NCBI GenBank assembly: GCA_008690995.1
Contig: VRMN01000019.1
Location: forward strand, 124,001 to 188,000
Length of the DNA: 64,000 bases
Source: Porphyridium purpureum
Taxonomy: Eukaryota
Direction of reading: 5' to 3'
Made by a program: the position numbers and the translations under genes. Positions within the stretch are counted from its first letter, which is position 1; each line of letters starts with the position of its first letter. The notes under the pieces are model-generated. The model saw only the letters and a list, made by a program, of their open reading frames with translations. It did no database searches and was not told the origin of the DNA. Shown here piece after piece: positions 12,552-23,715 of the stretch.

Positions 12552-13733
12552 ATGAAAGAGTTCAAGGCATGTGCCAGAGGACCAAGGCATAGACTGCACT
12601 TAGGCATTCGATCATGTCCAGATGCACCAGCCGCAGGTCTTGGAAATAAAGCGATATGGCTATCCGAATTTGAGAGAGGCCACATTGACGCTCTGCACCG
12701 GCTCTGCCTGATGCCGCGGGCCATTGCAGCACGTTTTTGTCCGCGCCCAGGCAAAACTCGACGATCGTACAAGACTGTGGAGCGAGTTTTGAAGAATCGA
12801 GGCAAGAAAAGAGTTTTCAAGAAGCCCGGACAGGCACGGACAATATCGCCGAAATTGGAGCGTCGCCTGATTCGGCACGTCATTACGGATAGATTGACGT
12901 CTGCACAGGCAGTGACGGAGCTGCAGCTTGCGTGCAGTGCGAGAACTGTTCGCCGTATCCTGCAGAGATCACCGGAGGTTCGTATTATCGCACAGAGGCA
13001 AAAGTTCTTCATTTCGGAAAAGAACCGAGTCAAGCGGCTTGCATTTGCTCGAGAATACGTTCACAAGCCGCTATCGTTTCGGAAGAATGTCATCTTCTCG
13101 GATGAAAAGATCTTTCGGCTGGACGGGCCGCACGGGTACAACAATACTTATCAGCGAACGCGAGGCCCTGAGCCCGCGCCAACCATGCGTCGCCATAGTG
13201 GCGGAGGATCAGCGATGTTTTGGGGTGCCATGTCGTGGCACGGACTGAGTACGTTGCATCGTGTTCAAGGCTCGCTGAATGCCGAGCGATATCGGCAGGT
13301 TATGCTGAACTTCATGATGTTCTGGGCACTGGAGCTGCCTTGGCGCCTTGATCAGCCGGATTGCCCATTCATATTTCAGCAAGATAATGCGCCCGGACAT
13401 GCAGCGCTGAGCACGCGCGAGCTGTTTGACACGGTCGGAATCGCACTACTTGATTGGCCAGCGCGGTCGCCGGACTTGAATCCAGTTGAGAATCTGTGGG
13501 CGATCGTTTCTCGCCGTGTGCATTGGCAAGGACGCCAGTTTATGCGCCTCGATGACATGCTTCCAGTCATCTATGACTGCTGGCGAACGAAAGCGCCAAA
13601 GTATGTTGAGGGATTTATCGAGAGCACATCCCGTCGCCTGCAAGCTTGCATCGACGCCGCTGACCGTCAGATGAAGTGCTACTTCCGTCACTGGACTCAA
13701 ATCTCTTCTCATAAACATTCTTGTCCTGATTAA
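12552..13733 (+). mobile_element. Tc1-like DD34E transposase, open reading frame intact
   Basis: N-terminal HTH-like region (LSEFERGHI), IFSDEKIF, FQQDNAPGH, WPARSPDLNPVENLW with 34 residues between D and E. Candidate right end ...CCCGGACTG-TA near 13935; no matching left TIR found. Confidence 0.9.
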
Positions 13734-14766
13734 CCTGTTTCATAGTGCTTCTCTTGTTTGGCCCTTCTCACGGCCGTCTTTTTGATTTACCACACCTTTG
13801 CACGTCCCTACCGCTTTCCTGTGTCAAATATGAATTTTGTGCCATCAAAACAGACGCAAGCCAAATCTAAAATTCGATTTTTCCAAGAAAGAACTTGAGC
13901 ACGTCCTGTGTGACAACCAACTTAGCCCGGACTGTAGCAAAAGAAATTTACAACCCTAAAATGACCCTATAGTATCTTGTGGAACCCTGAATTGATTTCC
14001 ATCCTCGACTAGCGGAGCGGCAAATAGAGTATTGGAACATTTTGGCCGTAACCCTTGGAGCTGCTTAAAGACCTCTTTTCGCCTCCGTTCTGGCAGCCCC
14101 GAATCTCAGGTGATCATTGTAATATGAGGTTTGGGCTTCACAACCGGATTTTCGGCAAAGGCAAGCCGCACGGCGCGATGCATGTGGTCGCGACTATTGG
14201 GCACTGTGTCATCAACACGCTGCTCCAAAACATATGCTCCGCAAATCTCCACATCGGGCTCCAGAATCGCAGTCGTCATCAGCACGAACGTGTTCTGGTA
14301 AATCATCCACTTGCATCCTCCTTTCCTGAAGAGTACCGACCTCCTGCCTGGAGTGCCTCGATTTTCATTTGACGACCACATTTCTCGTCCTTGAGGGCAT
14401 CAACATGAGCAATGCCAATGGCATTTTCGGTTCGAGCCTGTAAATTTTCCTGCTCCAAAGTATTGACGCGCTGGGTCTTTTCTTCGAGCTCATTCGTGCA
14501 GACTCGCAGACGTTGCTGCAGGCTCATCAGTTGCGGAGCTACCTTCCGTGAATAATGGGCAACAGATTCTTCTTTTCCTTTTGAGAGGGGCTGAATTCAG
14601 ATGCAACTGCTCCTCCGGCTTTAAATTACCCGACTCGGATAACGTCATCGAAGCCCGCTCACCTCATTTGTCCTCCTATTATTTGTTTCACATCCCATTT
14701 GCTCCCGTTCATTCCCCTTCCACGCCCGACTCACTCCCAGATGTTCCTCGTTGTTTCAATATGCTG

Positions 14767-14887
14767 ACTTTTGGACCACATTAACACCACATTAACACCA
14801 CTTTTGGACCACTTTTGGACCACTTTTGGACCACTTTTGGACCACTTTTGGACCACTTTTGGACCACTTTTGGACCACTTTTGGACC
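14767..14887. repeat. 11-bp minisatellite ACTTTTGGACC, 11 units (2 variant units ACATTAACACC)
   Basis: Read directly from the sequence. Confidence 0.95.
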
Positions 14888-15349
14888 AGCTTAATTCTTT
14901 CCTTTGGAAAACGACAAATTCCATGTGAATCTAGGAATGCCCGCTACAACGTGAGGTAAAAGCTCGCGTCGATGAAGTGAGTCTTTGAGTCCTAAATGAA
15001 CTTGATAGAAAGATCCTTTGCAGGACCTGGCGGTCGAGCACGACTGCTGTGCGGGATGCTTTGGAAGTAGGCGCGATGAGTTAGTTTCTGGCACACGGTA
15101 CGGGTACCATTGGCGCAGATTCATTCAGGAGTTATAGATGCTTCGGCCAGTGCTTGTATCTGCGCTGCGGCAGTATTATAATTGATATGGCGTATGTACT
15201 GTCTTTTTCTTCATTCGATGGTAAAGACCCGGCAAGCCTCTGGTTCGATTTAGGTGCTCAGCTGCGCAGTCCGACCAACGCGACTGTTGCAAGAACCAAA
15301 CAGGATGAGCTTGGTCTTCACCTCGGCTGTCAATTTCCAGGTTTGCAAG

Positions 15350-15600
15350 GCAGCTTCAGTTTCCATTCGGACCTTTACACGTGCGGCATTTCTTGAAGAG
15401 CTCTTCCACGTTAATAGTCCTCCCAGACCACCAAGAGCTGTTGTCGGACATCAAAGCCGTAGTTTTTCGAACCCTAAAGTGTTCAGATGTAAAAGCTCCG
15501 TGCAAAGCGTTTAGAATGCGGGTTGCCAAAGTATCTGGCACTATCCGTCTCGGGCGATCCGTGAGCTGTGCCCACATGACATCAAACACATCTCCCACGT
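15350..15600 (-). pseudogene. Ty3/gypsy integrase zinc-binding (H2C2) relic
   Basis: IVPDTLATRILNALH...H...T...WWSG...VEELFKKCRTC matches the gypsy integrase HHCC pattern; downstream sequence is decayed. Confidence 0.65.
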
Positions 15601-15601
15601 A

Positions 15602-17040
15602 TCGTGCGACCAAATCGAGTAGGGGACAGTACCTTTTTCCAAGGTTTACTAGTAAATTGATCTGCATTACTATAGAAAGGATAGAGGTCGGGTGAAAAGG
15701 GAATGTGAAGGAGGTCAAAACGAATAGGGGACACGGCGCATTACAGGGTATTACCCAGCCATAGAGAATCGGAATTGGTCGCGATTTCCTTGCATGTTTG
15801 CGCCTCAACCATACGCACAGTCGAATATTCGTTTCGGCAACGACGCGTACAAATTGGCCAGTACAGGCTGGTCCAAAGTCTCCCAAGCCAGTAAAATGGC
15901 ATTCTTGAGCTCTAGCACCGTCTGATACTGCCTTGCACCCTCGTAAACCTTGCGCGCTAGTATTCCCCACAGGTTCTCGATAATATTGAATTCCGGCAAG
16001 TACGCTGGCCAGTCTAGAAGCTCCACATTCTCGTCATTCATGAAATTCTTAACCAGGCGACTTGTGTGCACTGGCGCGTTATTCTGCTGAAAACCCATGT
16101 TCGGGCCCGCTATCTGACGGCAGCGGTCCAGCACATTGTCCTCTCGAAGCAGGGAGAAATATTTTGCAGCCGTAAATGACCCCTCAATAAAATGAAAGTG
16201 AATCTTTTCTCTTGCAGAAATTGCACCCCAAACCATTCATCCACCGCCGCCGGAATGTCGCGACCAAACGTCTGGAACGTCCGCCGCACGCTCAACCCAC
16301 GTCTTGTGGAAACCATCGGGTCCGTCCAGGTTGAACTTCTTTTCGCCAGTGAACACAATTGCGGTCCAATTGGTCTGTTCCAGCTGATGGTACCTGGCCC
16401 AGGCCAGTCTCTTGAGCTTGCGATTGAGTGTCAGTGGCGGACAAGCTGGAATTTTGCGGTATGCATACGTGTCACTCACTGCCTTAATGATTGTTGTCAA
16501 ATTTTGGATTGGTTTAGCTCCACAAATTCGCAGAGCTGCTTGAACCTGACGTGCCGTGTGAATGTTTGGAAGCTTAGCGATGTTAAAAATCTTCGTTTTG
16601 ACCGCCTCAGCCAGCTTCGAAGCGTTCACATTGGCATATTTCTGGCAGTAGTCGTTTGGAGCCGACAAATAGCGGAAAACCACGTTCTTAGAGCGCCCAA
16701 TTTTGGTCGAAATGGCTCTCACGCTGTTGCTCGACTCTCGGAGACCGTGGATACGTCCGTTCTCCTCGCCCGTAAGGCCAATATTGCGCCCCGTGGAGTC
16801 AAAATGGAGCTCTTCACGAGCTGCGATGGATCCGCACTTTTCCGCTTACACTGAACCGCCGACGTCCGAGATATTTCGCTTCCACGCAGTGTCCCGTGTC
16901 CGTTTCGAGCCACAAATTTCGTCGAAACCGTTGCAGACGAACCCCGCCGTTCTACTTTCATAGCAAAAGATCAAAATTTACTATTGATTAAGTCTTTTTC
17001 TGAAAATTTTGACTGTCCCCTATCCGATTTGGTCGCACCT
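15602..17040 (-). mobile_element. Tc1-like transposon with 29-bp TIRs and TA flanks; dead transposase (~15805-16800)
   Basis: Left TA+TCGTGCGACCAAATCGAGTAGGGGACAGT versus right (reverse complement) TA+AGGTGCGACCAAATCGGATAGGGGACAGT. In-frame TGA at 16237-16239; catalytic aspartates altered (FTGEKKF, QQNNAPVH). Confidence 0.9.
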
Positions 17041-17042
17041 TA

Positions 17043-20000
17043 CAGCGGACGTACTCCGCGCTATCTAGCACCCAGGCACTTCCGTCGTTGCAGACGTTAA
17101 CGCCGAGGTACAGGATTGGTTTGGCCTTCGTGCTCTAGGAAATGAGCAGTGCGGCCTTCGTAATGCTGAATAGCTTTGCCAGCTCGCGCATTGCATCTTG
17201 CACGGAGGCCGTGGTGCCTATGATGCCGCCATCATCCACATAAGGGACGAGCAGCGTCAGCACGCCTGCTCGGTGGCGCCAGTACACGTTGCGGTCTGAC
17301 GCTGACTCTTGCCAACGCGCACCGGTCAACTTTTCGCGCGCGTGCGCGGAAAAGTCAAAGCCTGCTCGAGGTAGCCCATACAGGGCCACGGGCAGAGGCA
17401 CGACAGGATCCTTCAGCGTCGCAATCTTGCGCATGTCGTTTCGCGGCAAAACACCATCTAAGAACGGCAACATTGCCTTGAAGTGTGCGAATGTCGGGTT
17501 GCCCTTGAGTGGCGCGTGGACGTAGGCCGCGTCGATGTCGAAGAACATCGCGTCTGCCGCGGCGCTGTGGACGTGGAGCGTGACCGACACTGCCGCGCGG
17601 ATGCTGGAAAGCCCCGGCGTGCGATCAAACTGCAGCGTTTCGGGTGGCGCACGCCGACCATCGGCGTCGGTGATGTGGCAACCTTGTGCCACGACGCGGC
17701 ACTTGAGCACGCGGTGCTCTGGCGGCATTTCGTGGTCCTTGACAGCCATGATTGACTTCAAGTTGTCGACGCGGGAATGCTTGACGCGCGCAGCCTCGCT
17801 CTTGCCGAAGGCCTTATGGAACGGCAGCGCTCCGCTGCCGATCAGCGTCTGCATTTCTTTCGTAAACGCGAATCTTCCGGCTTCCGTGAGCGCGTGCGTG
17901 GCGAATGCCACAACCTTGGCCACGCCGAGATCGGCACCAATGCTGCTGCTTGCTGCATCTTGGTGGGCGGCACCATCCTGATGCTTTGACTGCGCCAGCT
18001 GCGCCACACCCAGCACCGCTTCCAACACGCGTGCGTCGCCTGCCTTTCTGTCGCGCCGATGCTCTTTGAACCGCATGGCGCGCTCGCCGAGCAACCCAAT
18101 GGCTGCCGCATGAGATCAAAGCTCCTTGCTTCCGAACCCACGAAGCAAGTCACCACCATTCTCATCAGTGAGAGCCCAATCGGGACCGTGCGTCTCATAT
18201 CCCGAAGCGCATCGTTCATTTCTGCGCTCCACACGCGCCGCTCACGCTTTGCACCAGGCTGCGCCACTGCAGGCGCAGGCACGCCATGCTCCTGCACGGC
18301 TTGGTCCTCTCCCACATCGTGCTGCATTGCGCGAGCACCTAGTGACGGGTCAATTCTCGGATCGATCGCAGCATTCCTCTCCGGCATTACACGGGCAACT
18401 GTACGCCTTCTTGGATATGAAGTATTGCAAGGAGACACCTGTGTGGATAATCTCCACTCGCCTACCCACCTCGCCGCTGAAAAGCAGAGATCCGCGAAGG
18501 GGATCGCGAGGATGTTGAGGCGCGATCCAATTGTCGTCGGGGATGGTACGCGGAGACCCATGGCGAGGGCTAGCGTGCCCGGCGAATCGAACTTGCTGCG
18601 ATCGGGCGCCATGACGTGGATCTCCCTTCCGAACGGCGAGATGTCGCGGTTCCACGGAAAACCGTAGAGCGCCTCGTTTCGCGTCGTGCCCAAGGCACCT
18701 TTCCAAATAGCGTTGCGGGCAACTGCCCAATACTGCGTCGCAAAGGCGAACCATTCCGGCTCGAAGCCGGCGGCAAGGAGCAACGCGCAGATTTTTGAAT
18801 TCAGGTCACGGTGAACGCGCTCGTGGGTCGCGTGGGTACTCGGGCGGTGCGCCAAACCAATTTCGTGGGCGACCAAGTTAGTCTTTAAGGCCGTTTCAAA
18901 CGTGCCTTGGAACTCACCGCCCTCGTCGCTCTTGACGAGGCGCGGCTATCCGCGTCCTCTCTGGATCTTGAGCAGCGCCGTCAGCGCGCTCTCGGAAGTT
19001 TTGTTTGCGAGGGGGGCCACCACGGGCCAGCCTGTGGCTGCTTCGCGGTGTGTGAAGAGCCAGCGCGTGCCGCATATTCCGACTTCAGTCGGATCAACCA
19101 ACTCGACGGAGACGGTTTCGTTGAAGCCCGCGAATCGGGTAGTCTCTTTCTTGCGCGGCGCGCGAAGCGTCTTTAGCTTCGCCGCCTGGCATGCGTCACA
19201 ATCCGCTCTTGTGGGCATGTGGAGCACATCGTGTTCGACGGCCAGTGTGCCGTCACTGTGCTGTTCATTCGTCATGTGCCTGCTCGCATCAGCGCACTCG
19301 AGCGTGTCTAGCTCCTGATTTTTGGTGATCTCACCTTCTGCGTCAACCTTGGCTGGGTTGCGCCGGAGAACGTGGCCGCCGACCTGTATCTTCATGCCGG
19401 GCTGCGGAAGCCAGTCGAGGCCAAGGATCAGGGAGTGGTGCCCTGTGCGCACCCACGCGGACGCGTGCTCGTTGGTGATATCTGGCACAGCCAGTAGGAA
19501 TGTGGTCTTGCCGCTGATCGGCGTGCTTCGGCCGTCAGCGAGCCGGATGCGTGGACAATTGGGTCCACTCGTTGTGAACGGGAAACGGAGCCTGTGGTAG
19601 AGGTCCGACACAAATGTGGCTGTGGCGCCGGTGTCGACGACGGCTTGGGCCTGGTGCCCGATGATAAATACCGGGATGCGCATCAGGTCCGAGGCCTCAA
19701 TGGCGCTCGTGCCTATCTCGAGCTCGGCGGCTCGGAGTTCTTGTGTGCACTGGGCGGCCCAATGACCACGTCGCCCACAATTGTGGCACGTGTCATTCGC
19801 CGCGCGGCCGGTCTTGTGCAGCGCGTGGACATTCTTTGGAGCAGCGCGCTGCGGTTGCTTCTTGCGTCCCTTGCCCTTCTTCTGTGCTCCTGCTTGGCGA
19901 TGCGGCGCCTCGGCCGTGCCGAGATCTATGGGGGCAACGTCTTCGCTGGCAAATGCCGATGCGTGAACGCTCTGCCGGTAGCCCGTGTCTACGGCCAGCG

Positions 20001-21265
20001 CGTCGTGGTACGACGACGGCTGCTTTAGCAAAACTTGGATTTGGATTTTGCTGCTAAGCCCTTGCACAAACCTGTCGAGGCGCTCAGAGTCACTCACTCC
20101 CGGAAGACGAAGGAGGCAATTGCCAAAGTCGTTGACGTACTCGTTTACGCTGCGGCCCCTTTGAGAGCAGGCGGCAAGCCGGTCTCGCGCAACCTGGCTG
20201 GACGCCATAGGTTCGAATTTGAGTTTGAAAGCATCCAGGAACTTCGCAAACGTGACTGGCTTTGGATCCAGCACGGACCACTAGAGCCTGACGGCTCCGT
20301 GGAAGAACGATGAGGCCACGCGGACGCACTTCAACTCCGCCTCGTCGTCCCAAGGACAGCCACCGAGGCGATACTCCTCCTCGAGTTGCGTGAGAATTGG
20401 GGCGTTGGCGGCGTCGCACCACGCAGCAACTGCGAGAGCGTCGCGTCCTCCAAGGAAGGCGACCACTGGTGCGGACTTAACTTGCGAACTCGCGTCTACA
20501 CGCGCGTATGTGCCGCTGCGCACACGGTGCGTTTTGGATGCGAGCGCCGCGCACTCCTCCTGTACTTGCCCAATGAGTTCATCGCGCATCCGCGAGAGCT
20601 CTTGGGCCATAGCCTGGCGCATGAGCTCGACTTCGCTCGACACGCCCGCCGACGCCTGTTGCTACTGCTGTTGTGCAGCTGCTTGAGCAGCAAGCTCGGC
20701 CTACATGGCCTTCTGCTGCTGGCGAGCAAGCGCTGCTTTGCGCTCTTGCTCCAGCTGTGTCGGGGTTCCTTTGACCTGACCCCATCGCGGTGAGCCCACT
20801 GCTCTGTGCATCTCTGCACAAGCCTTCTTATTTCAACCGTCTTTTGCAGCCAGACCCTGCCTGTTCGCGCCGTTTCTCTTGAACGCGCTGGTAGCTGTCG
20901 CTGTTGTGCCGTGCTTCTCGTGCACGCACTTGTCGCTGACGCTGTTGAGCTGTGCCTTTGCACAACCGTATCTTTGGAACAGTCCCACTGCCTTTATCGC
21001 GCCTCGCGCCTTGTGCACGCTCCGATCTTCTCCAAACAGCTTTGCTGCTGAGGTGGCGCCGTACCTCGTGCACGCGCTTTTGGTAGATGCCTTGCAGCTT
21101 ATGGAGCCGTTGCTGCTCCTCTTTCTCACTTGAGCTTCTCAAGTTCTTAAGCCTTACGATGCTGCTCGCGTCTTGCAAACGAGGCTAGGACCGAGGTGAG
21201 AAGGACAAATGGTTTCTTGAGGAAAAGGACCGCAGCCGCAAGGATAGCGGCTGGGCTCATAATCC
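17043..21265 (-). mobile_element. Truncated LTR retrotransposon, Gag-PR-INT-RT order, RNase H and 3' LTR missing
   Basis: Gag from 20643 with CHNCGRRGHWAAQC; PR VVDTGATATFVS; INT H..LHMP..CDAC, SDEGGEF, HER; copia-type RT KCRVVAQG, DIDAAYVHA, LYGLPRAG, YVDD, YLG. Stops at 20281, 18946 and 17135, and a frameshift near 18100. Confidence 0.88.
21251..21265 (-). promoter_or_regulatory. Primer-binding site complementary to the initiator tRNA-Met anticodon arm (half-tRNA priming)
   Basis: Minus strand reads GGATTATGAGCCCAG versus the GGTTATG(A/G)GCCCAG type of copia/Ty5/Osser. It lies upstream of gag; a minus-strand TATATAAA sits further upstream at 21801-21808. Confidence 0.7.
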
Positions 21266-21445
21266 AATATGGCCTTTAGTGGATCGGCATATCACGTGAT
21301 GTACAAGAACAATAAACCGAAGTTTACAGCCGAAAGACCGAACCAAACCGATACCCGAAAGCAACCGTTTAGTCTCCCCACTCTAGATCTTTCCATCTTA
21401 AAGCTAAGTGGTTGTGCCTGTGACATGGGTGAAGTGGTGTGCTTA

Positions 21446-21603
21446 TGTACCTGTGTGGCGCCGTCGACGACGACTGCCGACAGCTCTACTGTCGCCCAAT
21501 GCGGGCACACATGAGCCTGAGCCTGCATCGTCTGCCTCGACATGCACGTAGCGGCTCACTCCGCGTACCGGAGCAGAACGCCCGCGCTGGATACTTGGGT
21601 ACA
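21446..21603 (+). repeat. Possible short solo LTR (TGTACC...GGTACA)
   Basis: 6-bp terminal inverted repeat, flanks GCTTA/GCTTG. Its 3' ~55 bp match 22270-22279 plus 29039-29087. Confidence 0.45.
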
Positions 21604-21962
21604 GCTTGGATTCCTGAAGAAGTATACTGCAAGCCGGTACAATAAAGTTAGCGGCCCGATGCTAACTGTACTCCACTACTAGAGACACACAAAGTGTGCA
21701 GACGACTATCTCAAACCAAACGTTTAACCAAGATGTCTCTATTCCATCGTCCTTTCTCTTACGCCTGTTTCTCTCCGCCATGAGTGCGCGACCGCGCCTC
21801 TTTATATAGACGCCCGCCGGGCGCTTGGTGATGCGCTCTGACCCATTCGAGGCACACCACATCAGTATCCAGCGCCACACTAGCCAAGTCACATCACATC
21901 ACATCAAGCCCGCCGGGAGCGGGACCGGCAACTTCCCACGGTTTGTCCTCGTCTGACGCAAC

Positions 21963-22279
21963 TGTACCCACGCGAGTGTGCACCTCGCATTCTTGCGGTA
22001 GTGGAACGGTGCGGCAAGGCAATGGGTATGCGTGAACGCGAGGTGGGCGTTCCAACAGCGCGTGCCGCGTGGTGGGCGCGCGGGGCACATTTAGCAGAAG
22101 CGCGCAGATTTAGGCGAAGCGGCGGCGCGCGGGTCTAAATGTGCTTGGCACGGCGAAGCGTAGGGCGCGGACAAAGCACACTCGCGGGCAAGGAGTGTTG
22201 CTGTCCGCTTGCCCGTTGGTTGGTTGTTGTGTGAAGTAAAGTTGCCACGAATTGGGTTGTTTGCTTTCAGTAGCGGCTC
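21963..22279 (+). repeat. Left part of an interrupted LTR-like sequence whose right end lies at 29044-29087
   Basis: Starts TGTACCC; after removing two TSD-bounded insertions it ends GGGTACA at 29087. Contains CGGGCAAGGAGTGT like neighbouring LTRs. Flanks GCAAC/GCTTC are not a clean TSD. Confidence 0.5.
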
Positions 22280-22557
22280 TGTAGTGTACACTGGGTGTAC
22301 ACCTCGTGGCTGTGTTCAGTATGGGTAGAAGAGCGAGCCGCGATTGTAAGCGGCCGGAGAGCGCGAATGGTCTCACTAGCCCGCTCTTTCGGGTAAGGAG
22401 TGTTTTCTTGGAGCGTGCTCGTCGACTACCAGTAAAGCTGTGTTTGTTGGTTTCTGCGGCACTGCCACACCCTTCACGCGCACACGAACAGCGCGTACGC
22501 GTGAGCTCGATCGCCGCACCACTCCGTTGGCCATCGAGGAGGACGTATTCCTCTACT
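22280..22557 (+). repeat. 5' LTR (TGTAG...CTACT)
   Basis: Direct repeat of 27861-28130 plus 28773-28780; 7 substitutions counted by eye. Confidence 0.93.
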
Positions 22558-22572
22558 CACGCTCCAAGAAAA
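22558..22572 (+). promoter_or_regulatory. Putative self-primer binding site
   Basis: CACGCTCCAAGAAAA abuts the LTR end and is the exact reverse complement of TTTTCTTGGAGCGTG at 22403-22417; no TGG tRNA PBS is present. Confidence 0.8.
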
Positions 22573-22605
22573 TCTGAGAGTCTGCGACACCGGTGACAAA
22601 CGAGA

Positions 22606-23715
22606 ATGTCACGTGTCGGACAAAGCGGCGCAGGCCGTTCGCCGCACCCACGCGAAGCCGGTCTTGTAGAGACACTTCCGCTGCTCACTTACGACAGCAC
22701 GCGTGTGGTGCCGGCCGCGGTGGTAGTTTGGGTCGAGGAGCTCGGCAACTACTGCAAGAAGGAATACGGCGCTATCGGCACAGCGTTTGCGATAGAGCGC
22801 CAAGGACGCGTGTACCCCACCTTGCCGACGATCCCGCAAGCAACCCCAGGGCTCGGGGAGGCGGGACGGGAGGATTGGTACAGCGCCACCGTCGCCAAGG
22901 AAGAGCTCAAGCTGGCGCTCGCGGCGCGCTCGGACGCGATACGCAAGGACAAGGAAACTCGCGTGCGCGTGTTTGGACTCATCATGGGCCAACTGAGCCG
23001 CGCATCTAAGGAAGCGCTGGCCGTAAAGCCCGGCTGGAGTCAACTCGTACGAGAATCGGACGATCCGCTGCAGCTTCTCGAGCGCGTGATCGAGGCGCAC
23101 CTGACCCGTGGCTACGACGACCCGCTGCGTAACCAGCAGTATGCTCGCATGTCGTACGACCAACTGAGAGTTGGAGCAGACGAATCACTTGTTTCGTTCA
23201 AGACGCGCTTCAAGGCAGCGGTGATGGTGCTTGAAGCCGTGGGCGAACCAGTGCCGTCTTCCGAGCGCTGCGCGGCTGACTTTATCCTAAAGCTTGAAGG
23301 TACGCGCTGGGACGAAGCCGTACGCAAGTGCAACAACGAGCACCGACGGTTCGACACGGTCGACCAGGCAATGTCTTTCATGGCGCAGTTCGCGTACGCG
23401 AAACAACCGGTACAGGGTCGCACTTGGCGGACGGACACCGAACACCCAGAAGACGAGGACACAGATGATGTGGAGCTCGCAGCAGCACCACGCGTACGCG
23501 AATGCTACAACTGCGGCGCGGATGATCATCTCCTTCGCGACTGCCACGCGCGACCGCTGGACAGCGGAATGGCCGATAGGATGCGCGCGGCGAAGGAGAG
23601 GCAGGCGCGCATGGCGAGGCGCGACACGCGCGGACGCGGGCCGGTGCTGGCCGGGGCGACGGAGCAACAGCTGCGGGCCGCACTTGACGCGTTGAAAAGG
23701 AACGCCGATGCATGA
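22606..23715 (+). CDS. Gag of the copia element
   Basis: 369 aa ORF with ATG start and zinc knuckle CYNCGADDHLLRDC; ends at TGA followed by CGG. Confidence 0.88.
   Translation: MSRVGQSGAGRSPHPREAGLVETLPLLTYDSTRVVPAAVVVWVEELGNYCKKEYGAIGTAFAIERQGRVYPTLPTIPQATPGLGEAGREDWYSATVAKEELKLALAARSDAIRKDKETRVRVFGLIMGQLSRASKEALAVKPGWSQLVRESDDPLQLLERVIEAHLTRGYDDPLRNQQYARMSYDQLRVGADESLVSFKTRFKAAVMVLEAVGEPVPSSERCAADFILKLEGTRWDEAVRKCNNEHRRFDTVDQAMSFMAQFAYAKQPVQGRTWRTDTEHPEDEDTDDVELAAAPRVRECYNCGADDHLLRDCHARPLDSGMADRMRAAKERQARMARRDTRGRGPVLAGATEQQLRAALDALKRNADA

Noticed and set aside
14767..14887. CRISPR array
   Set aside because: Head-to-tail 11-mers with no unique spacers, no cas genes, eukaryotic context.
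22528..22540. TGGCCATCGAG as a tRNA PBS
   Set aside because: It is present in both LTR copies, so it is inside the LTR.
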